Position numbers and translations under genes: made by a program
From: Caulobacterales bacterium
GTDB taxonomy: Bacteria; Pseudomonadota; Alphaproteobacteria; Caulobacterales; Caulobacteraceae
Direction of reading: 5' to 3'
DNA length: 64,000 nucleotides
Assembly (NCBI GenBank): GCA_038206535.1
Contig: JBBRAV010000009.1
Location: 48,638 to 112,637, forward strand
Shown: positions 53,664 to 61,244 of the stretch, piece after piece
Numbering within the stretch: the first letter of the stretch is position 1
How the letters are laid out: each line of letters opens with the position of its first letter
Notes under the pieces: model-generated
Seen by the model: only the letters and a program-made list of their open reading frames with translations
Database searches by the model: none
What the model was told of the DNA's origin: nothing

Positions 53664-55176
53664 CAAGGGCGTGACGCAGGCAGTGACAGAAGTGGATCGA
53701 ACACGTGATGGCGCCGAGGCGGCGTCATCGGCCGCCAGCATCGCCCGCGACAAGGCCTCACGGGGCGGCGGCGGGCTCTACAAGCCACGCACGCCGATCT
53801 ACCCCAAGCTGGCGCATGGTCGCTGGCGCAATATCAAATGGGTGCTGCTGATCGCCACCCTGGCCGTCTACTACGGTGTGCCCTGGCTGCGCTGGGGCAG
53901 GCCCGACGGCGCGCCGCAACAGGCGGTGCTGGTCGATTTCGCGCATCAGCACTTTTATTTCTTCTTCATCGCCCTGTGGCCGCAGGAGATAGTCTTCGTC
54001 ACCGGTCTTTTGATCATGGCGGCGCTGGCGCTGTTCTTGACCAGCGCCCTTTTCGGGCGCCTGTGGTGCGGCTACGCCTGTCCGCAGACGGTGTGGACCG
54101 ATCTCTTCATCGCCGTCGAGCGCGCCTTCGAGGGCGATCGCAACGCCCGCATGCGGCTCGACGCCGCGCCGCTGTCGCTCGACAAGGTCTGGCGCAAGGC
54201 CGGCAAGCACATCGCCTGGCTGCTGATCGCCATGGCGACGGGCGGCGCCTGGATCTTCTATTTTCAGGACGCCCCCAGCCTGTGGCACGAATTCTGGATC
54301 GGCCAGGCGCCGGCGAGCGCCTACGTCTCCGCCGGCGTGCTGACCTTCACCACCTATGCGCTCGCCGGCCTGATGCGCGAGCAGGTCTGCACCTATCTCT
54401 GCCCATGGCCGCGAATCCAGGGTGCGATGTTCGACGAACATACGCTGCAGGTGACCTACCGCCGCGACCGCGGCGAGCTGCGTGGCCCGCATAAAAAGGG
54501 CCAGGCTTGGGAGGGTCGCGGCGACTGCATCGACTGCGGACAATGCGTGGTCGTCTGTCCGATGGGGATCGACATCCGCCACGGCTCGCAGTTGGAATGC
54601 ATCAATTGCGGTCTATGTGTCGACGCCTGTGACGAGGTAATGTCGCGCGTCGGCCGGCCGCCGAGCCTGATCTCCTACGACACGGACGCGGCTGTCGAAG
54701 CGCGTGTGCAGGGGCGCAAGCCGGCGTACCGTCTCGTGCGCCCACGGACAATCTACTACGGCGTCGCCCTGGCCATCGTGACCGGGCTGATGATCTGGGG
54801 GCTCGCGACCCGCCAGCCCGTGGCGCTCGAGGTGCTGCGCGACCGCAATCCGACCTTCGTGCGGCTCGCGAGCGGCGCGATCCGAGACGGATACACACTG
54901 AAGATCGACAACCGGAGCTTCGAGCCGCACACCTACAGGGTCGCGGTGTCCGGCATTGCCGCCGGCTTGCTGACAAGCCCCGGCGCCGCAATGACCAATG
55001 GAGCGATGAGGGTCAGCGTGCGGCCCGACGAAGTACGGGCGCTTCGCGTTTTCGTGATCGCGCCCCCCGCCGCCGCCGTCCAGAGCCTGCCGGTGGATTT
55101 CATCCTTGCGCGCCCGGGCGAAGCGCCTCTGCGGACGCGATCGACCTTCCTCTTCGGAGACGTGACGCCACAATGA
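53638..55176 (+). CDS. ccoG: cytochrome c oxidase accessory protein CcoG/FixG (4Fe-4S ferredoxin-type)
   Basis: TM segments plus CGYACPQ, CTYLCPWPR, CIDCGQCVVVCP and CINCGLCVDAC clusters. GTG 53671 is an alternative start that avoids overlap with ccoP. Confidence 0.92.
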   Translation: MSMRAAVSSKGVTQAVTEVDRTRDGAEAASSAASIARDKASRGGGGLYKPRTPIYPKLAHGRWRNIKWVLLIATLAVYYGVPWLRWGRPDGAPQQAVLVDFAHQHFYFFFIALWPQEIVFVTGLLIMAALALFLTSALFGRLWCGYACPQTVWTDLFIAVERAFEGDRNARMRLDAAPLSLDKVWRKAGKHIAWLLIAMATGGAWIFYFQDAPSLWHEFWIGQAPASAYVSAGVLTFTTYALAGLMREQVCTYLCPWPRIQGAMFDEHTLQVTYRRDRGELRGPHKKGQAWEGRGDCIDCGQCVVVCPMGIDIRHGSQLECINCGLCVDACDEVMSRVGRPPSLISYDTDAAVEARVQGRKPAYRLVRPRTIYYGVALAIVTGLMIWGLATRQPVALEVLRDRNPTFVRLASGAIRDGYTLKIDNRSFEPHTYRVAVSGIAAGLLTSPGAAMTNGAMRVSVRPDEVRALRVFVIAPPAAAVQSLPVDFILARPGEAPLRTRSTFLFGDVTPQ

Positions 55177-55670
55177 CTTCCAGCGTTCGCCCTCGCGGTG
55201 TCCGAAACCGGGGTCAGCTGACCGGCTGGCACGTGCTGGCCATCCTCGTTGTCTTTTTCGGCGCCACCTTTGCCGTCGACGCCGTGATGATCGGCGACGC
55301 CTACAAGACCTTTTCCGGCGAGGTCGCCACCTCGCCTTACGAGGACGGTCTCGCCTACGACAGCCAGCTCGACCAGCAGCGCGCGCAGGCCTCTCTCGGC
55401 TGGCGAATGACCATAGGTCTGGCGGGCCGGGTGATCCGACTGCGCGCGGCGGACGCGCACGGCCATCCATTGACAGGCCTGCGGTTCGCCGCGAGTCTCG
55501 AACGCCCCGCCACCGAGCGGGGTCACCGCGCGATCGCGTTCAAAGGCGTCTCGCCGGGACTCTACGAAGCCGACGCCGGCGCGCTGTCGGGCGCATGGGA
55601 CATCCGCGTCAGCGCCGTCGATGCGGCTCACCGTCGTTTCGATGCCGAGCGGCGGCTGATCGCGCCATGA
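55173..55670 (+). CDS. fixH: FixH family protein
   Basis: ATG overlaps the ccoG stop (ATGA). TGWHVLAILVVFFGATFAVDAVMI TM, then SPYEDGLAYD, typical of FixH. Confidence 0.85.
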   Translation: MTSSVRPRGVRNRGQLTGWHVLAILVVFFGATFAVDAVMIGDAYKTFSGEVATSPYEDGLAYDSQLDQQRAQASLGWRMTIGLAGRVIRLRAADAHGHPLTGLRFAASLERPATERGHRAIAFKGVSPGLYEADAGALSGAWDIRVSAVDAAHRRFDAERRLIAP

Positions 55671-57832
55671 GCGTGGTCGATTGCGATCTCTCCGGCTACG
55701 TCGGCCACGCGCCTGGCGGTGAGGCGCGTGTCGAGCTGCTCGTCCGCGGCGCGCACTGCGCCGCCTGCCTGTCGAAAATCGAGACCGCGGCCGCCGGGCT
55801 CCCCGGCGTACGCGCCACGCGCCTCAACCTGACGACCGGCAAGCTGACCGTGATCTACGACGGGGGCCGGGCCGATCCGGCGGCGGTGATCGGCGCCCTC
55901 GGCGCGGCCGGCTATGACGCCACCCTGTTCGATCCCGAGGCCGCCATCGCGGTGCGCGACGCCGAGGGCCGGCGACTGACGATGTCGCTGGGCGTGGCCG
56001 GCTTCGGGGCGGGCAATGTGATGATGTTTTCGGTGCCGGTGTGGGCGGGATTGTTCGGACAGGAACTCACGCCGAGCGCGCGGGCGCTGATGATCTGGCT
56101 GTCGGCGATCATCGCCGCGCCATGCGCCCTCTACGCGGGCATGGTGTTCTTCCGTTCCGCCTGGGCGTCGCTGCGCCGCGGCCGCGCCAACATGGATGTG
56201 CCGATTTCCATCGGGGTGATCCTCACCCTGATCGTCAGTTTCTCCGAAACGCTCCAGGGCGGCCGCCACGTCTACTTCGACGCCGCGGTGACTCTGCTGT
56301 TCCTCCTGCTGATCGGTCGATGGCTTGATCACAAGCTGCGCGCCCGCGCTCTCGATGCCGCCCGAGGCCTGCTCGCCCTGCAGGCGCCGGTCGCCATGCG
56401 GCTGGACCACGCCGGCGTCGCGCATGGCGTCCCGGTGGCCCGGGTGGCGGTCGACGAGCTCGTGGCCGTCGCGCCGGGATCTCGGGTCCCGCTCGACGGG
56501 CTGGTGATAGAAGGCTCGAGCAACCTCGACAACGCGCTGATCACAGGTGAAACCACGCCCTCGGCGGTCGGGGCTGGGTCCTTGATCCGCGCCGGTGCGT
56601 TGAACATCGACGCTCGCCTGGTGATGCGGGTGGCGGCGCGCTCGGAGGATTCGGCGCTGGCGGCCATCGCCCGCCTGATGGAGGCCGGCGCGCAGTCCAA
56701 GTCCGCCTATGTCCGCCTCGCCGATCGCGCCGCCGCGATCTATGTGCCGGTCGTGCATTCGCTGGCGCTGGCCACTTTCGTAGGCGTCTGGCTCGTGGGC
56801 CTGGGGCCGCGCGAGGCCTTGCTGCGCGCGGCCGCGGTGCTGATCATCACCTGTCCCTGCGCCCTGGGCCTCGCCGTGCCGGCGGTGCAGATCGCCGCCA
56901 GCGGCCGGCTGTTCCGCAAGGGGGTTCTCGTCAAATCGGGCGCGGCGCTGGAGCGTCTGGCGGAGATCGACACGGTGGTCCTCGACAAGACCGGGGTTCT
57001 GACGGTCGGACGTCCGCAGGTCATCGACGCGGATGCGGCCTCGCTGGCGTCGGCCGCGCCCCTGGCGCGCGCCTCGCGCCATCCGCTTGCCGTCTCGCTG
57101 GCGCGGCTCGCCGGTCCAGGTCCGGCCTGCGAAAGCGCCAGGGAAGTTCCGGGGATGGGCGTCACAGGCTTCTTGGGCGGACGTCCGGCGCGCCTCGGCC
57201 GGGCCACGTTCCTCGGCCTGGACGCCACGGCGTCGCCCGAAAGCGAATTGTGGTTTGGCTTCGACGGCGAAGCCCCGGTGCGGTTCGCTTTCGCCGACGG
57301 CCTGCGCGCCGACGCCAGGGCCGCGGTCGCGGCGTTGCGGCGTCGCGGCCTCGGCGTCGAAATACTCTCCGGGGACGTCGAGGCGGCGGTTCGCCGCGCG
57401 GCTGGCGGTGTCGGCGTCGCCGATTGGCGAGCTGGCCTTACACCTATGGAAAAGGCCGCCCGGATCGACGGTCTCAAGGCTGCCGGCCGCAAGGTGCTGA
57501 TGGTCGGCGACGGTCTCAACGACGCCGCCGCCCTCGCCCGCGCCGATGCGTCGATGGCTCCGGGCGCGGCCATCGACGCCACCCAGAACGCCGCCGACCT
57601 GGTGTTCGAAGGCGAGGGACTCATGGGCGTCGTCGACGCCGTCGATATCGCCCGCGCCGCCCGGGCGCGGGCTCTGGAGAATTTCGGCTTCTCCGCGCTC
57701 TACAATTTGCTGGCGGCGCCGCTGGCGGTTCTGGGGCTGGTCAATCCGTTGATGGCCGCGATCGCGATGTCGGGTTCGTCGCTGGTGGTCACCCTGAACG
57801 CCTTGCGCATGCAGTGGAGCGGACGGCGTTGA
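55667..57832 (+). CDS. fixI: copper-translocating P1B-type ATPase FixI/CcoI
   Basis: ATG overlaps the fixH stop (ATGA). HMA domain with CAAC, TM CPC motif ITCPCALG, phosphorylation site DKTGVLT, and GDGLNDA. Confidence 0.93.
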   Translation: MSVVDCDLSGYVGHAPGGEARVELLVRGAHCAACLSKIETAAAGLPGVRATRLNLTTGKLTVIYDGGRADPAAVIGALGAAGYDATLFDPEAAIAVRDAEGRRLTMSLGVAGFGAGNVMMFSVPVWAGLFGQELTPSARALMIWLSAIIAAPCALYAGMVFFRSAWASLRRGRANMDVPISIGVILTLIVSFSETLQGGRHVYFDAAVTLLFLLLIGRWLDHKLRARALDAARGLLALQAPVAMRLDHAGVAHGVPVARVAVDELVAVAPGSRVPLDGLVIEGSSNLDNALITGETTPSAVGAGSLIRAGALNIDARLVMRVAARSEDSALAAIARLMEAGAQSKSAYVRLADRAAAIYVPVVHSLALATFVGVWLVGLGPREALLRAAAVLIITCPCALGLAVPAVQIAASGRLFRKGVLVKSGAALERLAEIDTVVLDKTGVLTVGRPQVIDADAASLASAAPLARASRHPLAVSLARLAGPGPACESAREVPGMGVTGFLGGRPARLGRATFLGLDATASPESELWFGFDGEAPVRFAFADGLRADARAAVAALRRRGLGVEILSGDVEAAVRRAAGGVGVADWRAGLTPMEKAARIDGLKAAGRKVLMVGDGLNDAAALARADASMAPGAAIDATQNAADLVFEGEGLMGVVDAVDIARAARARALENFGFSALYNLLAAPLAVLGLVNPLMAAIAMSGSSLVVTLNALRMQWSGRR

Positions 57833-57987
57833 ACATTATATTTCTCCTCGCGCCGGCCTCGATCTGCCTGGCCCTGATCGGACTGGGCGCGTTCATCTGG
57901 AGCGTGAAGAGCGGCCAGTACGACGACCCGACGGGCGACGCCGCGCGGATACTCAACGATCAGCCCGACGACGGGCCGCTGCCGTGA
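57829..57987 (+). CDS. ccoS: cbb3-type cytochrome oxidase assembly protein CcoS/FixS
   Basis: TTG start overlaps the fixI stop (TTGA). (M)NIIFLLAPASICLALIGLGAFIWSVKSGQYDDPTGDAARIL matches the CcoS signature KSGQYDD. 52 aa. Confidence 0.8.
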   Translation: MNIIFLLAPASICLALIGLGAFIWSVKSGQYDDPTGDAARILNDQPDDGPLP

Positions 57988-58028
57988 TTCCGTTCAGGCG
58001 GCGGTCGACCGGCAGGGCCGGGCGCCGG

Positions 58029-58595
58029 TCAACCGCCGCCTAGCGTTTCGGCGACGGCGCGCAAATGGTCCATGTTCACCTTCATGCCGTTGGCGATGAC
58101 GACTTCGCCAGGTTTCATACCGGCGGGGCATGGACCCAGGTAGCTGGCCTCCAGGTCGATCGTGTGCTGTCCGTTCATCGACGCCAGGACGGCGCCGCTG
58201 GTGTCGGTGCGCGAGCGCACCCGGTAGCGCCTCGCCAGGTTGCCGGTGAGCTCGCCCTGAGTGACCACACGGCCGCCGGGCCCGAGATTGCAGGCAGAGC
58301 TGAAATGGTAACCGCCGTCGATGTCGCGCGACACGGCGAGGCTGCGACACATGGATTTCCCGGCCTGGCCGCCCATGGCCGACAGTCGGGCGCGGGCGTC
58401 GGAGTCGAGGCAGGCGCGCATTTCACCGATCAGCCCCAACCCGCGGCCATCGCGCAACAGGCTCTCGCGCCACAGTCCCGCCTTGGGCGCCGGCAGGACG
58501 GCGGCGGGCTGGACCGATTGCACCCTGTCGCCGCAGGCGCCCAGCAGGGCCACGATCGTCATCGTCGCGCCTCCAACAACGACTTGCGTGCGCAT
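58029..58595 (-). CDS. hypothetical lipoprotein (tentatively DUF3617-like)
   Basis: GGAGGAG Shine-Dalgarno. MRTQVVVGGATMTIVALLGAC lipobox. Several conserved-looking Cys residues. Family assignment is tentative. Confidence 0.65.
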   Translation of the reverse strand: MRTQVVVGGATMTIVALLGACGDRVQSVQPAAVLPAPKAGLWRESLLRDGRGLGLIGEMRACLDSDARARLSAMGGQAGKSMCRSLAVSRDIDGGYHFSSACNLGPGGRVVTQGELTGNLARRYRVRSRTDTSGAVLASMNGQHTIDLEASYLGPCPAGMKPGEVVIANGMKVNMDHLRAVAETLGGG

Positions 58596-58688
58596 GTCTC
58601 AAAACTCCTCCGGGGGGAGGTGAGACTAGTCTGAGCTGTCAGGCAACGGAATATCCGTGTGACGGCGCAACTTTGTGCCCGCGGGCAC

Positions 58689-58718
58689 AAAAAAGGCCTC
58701 CCGGCAGGGCGGCCTTTT
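58689..58718 (-). terminator. intrinsic terminator of the small lipoprotein gene
   Basis: The minus strand reads GGCCGCCCTGCCGGGAGGCC followed by TTTTTT, 30 nt after the stop at 58749. Confidence 0.5.
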
Positions 58719-58748
58719 CCGTTCCAGGTGCTCGCCTGTGTAAGGCGT

Positions 58749-59000
58749 TTACGGCTTCGGCGCGTTGGCGGCGGGAGCCATCGCGTCGGTCGCGGGGGCC
58801 ATCGCGTTGGTGTCCGCGGCGTTGACGGCCGGGGCGGCGTTGGCGTCGGCGGGCGCCATCGCGTTCGTGGCCGGCGCGGTCGCGTCGGCGACCGGGGCGT
58901 TGTTGGCGTCGGCGGCGGCCGGCTTCTGGCAGGCCGCGACGGACAGGGCGGCGACGGCGGCGCCGGCGACGAGCAGCTTGCGGAGGACTTCCGAGGTCAT
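58749..59000 (-). CDS. small Ala/Pro/Asn-rich lipoprotein with AMAP repeats
   Basis: AAGGA Shine-Dalgarno. MTSEVLRKLLVAGAAVAALSVAAC lipobox. The 59-aa mature part contains only A, P, N, D, T, V, M, K and Q, with three (N/D)AMAPA units. Confidence 0.6.
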   Translation of the reverse strand: MTSEVLRKLLVAGAAVAALSVAACQKPAAADANNAPVADATAPATNAMAPADANAAPAVNAADTNAMAPATDAMAPAANAPKP

Positions 59001-59163
59001 GGGATTTATTTCCTTGTGAGTGAGAAAAGGCGCCGCGCGGAAGCCGGTTCCGACCCCGGACGCGCTGCGAACCTACTCATCCTCCGGCCGTAAAATCAAG
59101 AGGCGCGCTCGGGCCAGGGCCATTGGATCAGCTGTCTGTCCGTCTGAGGGCGCGGCCGCCCCC

Positions 59164-59910
59164 TCAGCCCGCCTTCCGGAACTTGAACACGAACTGATCG
59201 GTGTGGCCGCGGATCGACGGGTCGAAGACCACGGCGGTGTGCGGATCGGCGTTGTTGCGCAGGGCGCCGCTCTCGCTGTCGAACACGAACCCCGCCCCTT
59301 CGATCTCCGCGCGCGCGGCCGCCGGGTCGATGCGGTGAAGTGTGTCGGCGGTTTGCGTGACCGGCGCTCCGGCCGCCGCGACGTGGTCGATGACGATCAA
59401 TTCCCCACCGGGCTTGAGAATCGACAACCACAGCTTGTCGAGGGCCGGAACGTCCACCTTCAACGCATTCATGTGCATGTCGTGGTAGTTCTGGGATGTC
59501 CAGATCACGTCGAGCGGCGGCAAACCGTGCATGCCCCCCATGATCGGGATGACGCTGACGTTAGCGTATGCCGGATCGGCGGCGATCGCGTCGGCGGCAG
59601 GCTCGGCGAACGCCGACTTCGGATCGGGAGTCGCCAGATAGACATGACCCTTGGGCCCGACGGCCTTGCTGAGCATCCGCGAGAAATAGCCCGACCCGGG
59701 CAGGATCTCCAGCACGCTGTCGCCTGGCCTGATCCCGGCGAAGGCCAGCATCTCCGCGGGTTTGCGCGCGCCGTCGCGCGCGGTGTCGGCCGCCGGGCGG
59801 TGGGCGTCGGCCACGGCGGCGGCGATCGGGGCGGGGATGTCGGCCGCCCGCGCGGGCAAGGTGATCGTCAAGGAGGCGGCGAGCGCCGCCCCGGCCAGCC
59901 AGCAGTTCAT
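59164..59910 (-). CDS. class I SAM-dependent methyltransferase-fold protein with predicted signal peptide
   Basis: ATG at 59910. MNCWLAGAALAASLTITLPARA signal-like N-terminus, then VLEILPGSGYFSRML (SAM motif I-like) and LKPGGELIVIDH. Confidence 0.78.
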   Translation of the reverse strand: MNCWLAGAALAASLTITLPARAADIPAPIAAAVADAHRPAADTARDGARKPAEMLAFAGIRPGDSVLEILPGSGYFSRMLSKAVGPKGHVYLATPDPKSAFAEPAADAIAADPAYANVSVIPIMGGMHGLPPLDVIWTSQNYHDMHMNALKVDVPALDKLWLSILKPGGELIVIDHVAAAGAPVTQTADTLHRIDPAAARAEIEGAGFVFDSESGALRNNADPHTAVVFDPSIRGHTDQFVFKFRKAG

Positions 59911-60016
59911 GGGTCGTCCTCCTCGGTTCGTTGGACGGACATTCGGTCCTCGGCCCGCGCCCGTCAAGCGCGCGCGGGTCCTTCAGGTCGCGCGGCGATT
60001 GGGATAAGAAGGGGAC

Positions 60017-60694
60017 ATGGCCGCCCAGCTACCCGCCCTCGCCAGCCTCGCGCCCCACTACCCGCGACCGGCGGAGCGCGTGGCCGACGCCTGGGTGCAC
60101 GTGGTCGGCCTGGCGGCGGCCGGCGCGGGGGCGGTCACCCTGCTGATCCTGACGCTGGTCGGCGGGCGCTTCGCCGCGACGGCGGCGGTCGGGGTGTATG
60201 GATTGTGCCTGGTCGCCATGCTGCTCTGTTCTACGCTCTACAACATGTCGGGACCGCGTCACCGTCCGGTCCTGCGCCGGCTCGATCACGCCGCCATCTT
60301 CCTGATGATCGCCGGATCCTACACGCCGTTCACCACCCAATGCCTCAAGGGGCGCTGGGCTTTCTGGATGACGCTCACGGTATGGACCTTGAGCCTGGTC
60401 GGCGCGGCCGCGAAACTGTTCCTGCCGGGCCTGTCCAAGGGCTTCTGGGTCGTGCTTTATCTGGCGGTCGGCTGGCTGGTGCTGATCGCGGTCAAGCCCT
60501 TGCTCGCGACCGTCTCCCTTTTCGCGCTCGCCCTGCTGCTGGCCGGGGGCCTGGTCTATTCGCTGGGCATCGTCGTCTACCTGCGCAAGACCCTTCCCTT
60601 TCGCCGCGCCATCTGGCACGGTTTCGTCGTCACCGCCGCGGCAAGCCACTATGTCGCCATCCTGACCGGCGTGGTGCTGTCGCCCAGTGCATAG
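60017..60694 (+). CDS. hemolysin III / PAQR family membrane protein
   Basis: Seven TM segments. STLYN, LDHAAIFLMIAGSYTPF and HGFVVTAAASHY motifs are typical of the hemolysin III family. Confidence 0.88.
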   Translation: MAAQLPALASLAPHYPRPAERVADAWVHVVGLAAAGAGAVTLLILTLVGGRFAATAAVGVYGLCLVAMLLCSTLYNMSGPRHRPVLRRLDHAAIFLMIAGSYTPFTTQCLKGRWAFWMTLTVWTLSLVGAAAKLFLPGLSKGFWVVLYLAVGWLVLIAVKPLLATVSLFALALLLAGGLVYSLGIVVYLRKTLPFRRAIWHGFVVTAAASHYVAILTGVVLSPSA

Positions 60695-60780
60695 ATCGCA
60701 GGCGGCGAGGCAAGTCGTGGATCGGCGGGTATTGGGGGCCGCCGCGTCCGCCGATCAACCATCCCAAGGAGAGACTGTCC

Positions 60781-61050
60781 ATGGTTAGGAATTCCTGGCT
60801 CAAGACCGGCGTCGTCGCTGGCCTGGCGGCGTTCGCCGTCGCCTCCGTCACCGCCGGCGGCGCTTCGGCCTATGTGGCGTGCAATCGCTACGGTGAGTGC
60901 TGGCATGTAAAAGCCCGCTGGGCCTACCCGCGCACCGCCGGCATCGTCTTTCACGCCGACGGCTGGCGTTTCGCCCGCCCGGGCTATCGCTGGGCCGGCG
61001 ACCACCCCGGCCGCGGCTACTGGCGCCACGGCGCCTGGGTGAGGTTCTAA
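60781..61050 (+). CDS. small secreted Trp/Arg/His-rich protein
   Basis: AAGGAGAG Shine-Dalgarno 8 nt before the ATG at 60781. Signal peptide MVRNSWLKTGVVAGLAAFAVASVTAGGASA. The 59-aa mature part has C-x5-C, 6 Trp, about 9 Arg and 4 His. Confidence 0.55.
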   Translation: MVRNSWLKTGVVAGLAAFAVASVTAGGASAYVACNRYGECWHVKARWAYPRTAGIVFHADGWRFARPGYRWAGDHPGRGYWRHGAWVRF

Positions 61051-61066
61051 GGACCTGTTCCCCCCG

Positions 61067-61118
61067 CCCTCCCTCCCCTTTATGGGGAGGGACAGACGGC
61101 GCAGCCGTCAGGGCGGGG
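61067..61118 (+). repeat. GC-rich double-hairpin intergenic element, copy C
   Basis: CCCTCCCTCCCCTTTATGGGGAGGGACAGACGGCGCAGCCGTCAGGGCGGGG has the same architecture as copies A and B at 25597-25740. Confidence 0.55.
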
Positions 61119-61244
61119 TTCTTCCAGGAAAAGGCGCAGGCGGGCGTTGCGCGGCCGTACCCCACTCTGGACGCCTCGCGTCGTCTCCCTGCCTATGAAG
61201 GAGAGGAGGCGGCCTTGCCTTTCAGCCAAGCATCGGAGTCCGTC

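Noticed and set aside
59020-60780. Upstream part of the 676-aa plus-strand ORF 59020-61050.
   Set aside because: It runs antisense through the methyltransferase-fold gene and out of frame through the hemolysin III gene. Only the last 89 codons (60781-61050), which have their own ribosome-binding site and signal peptide, look real.
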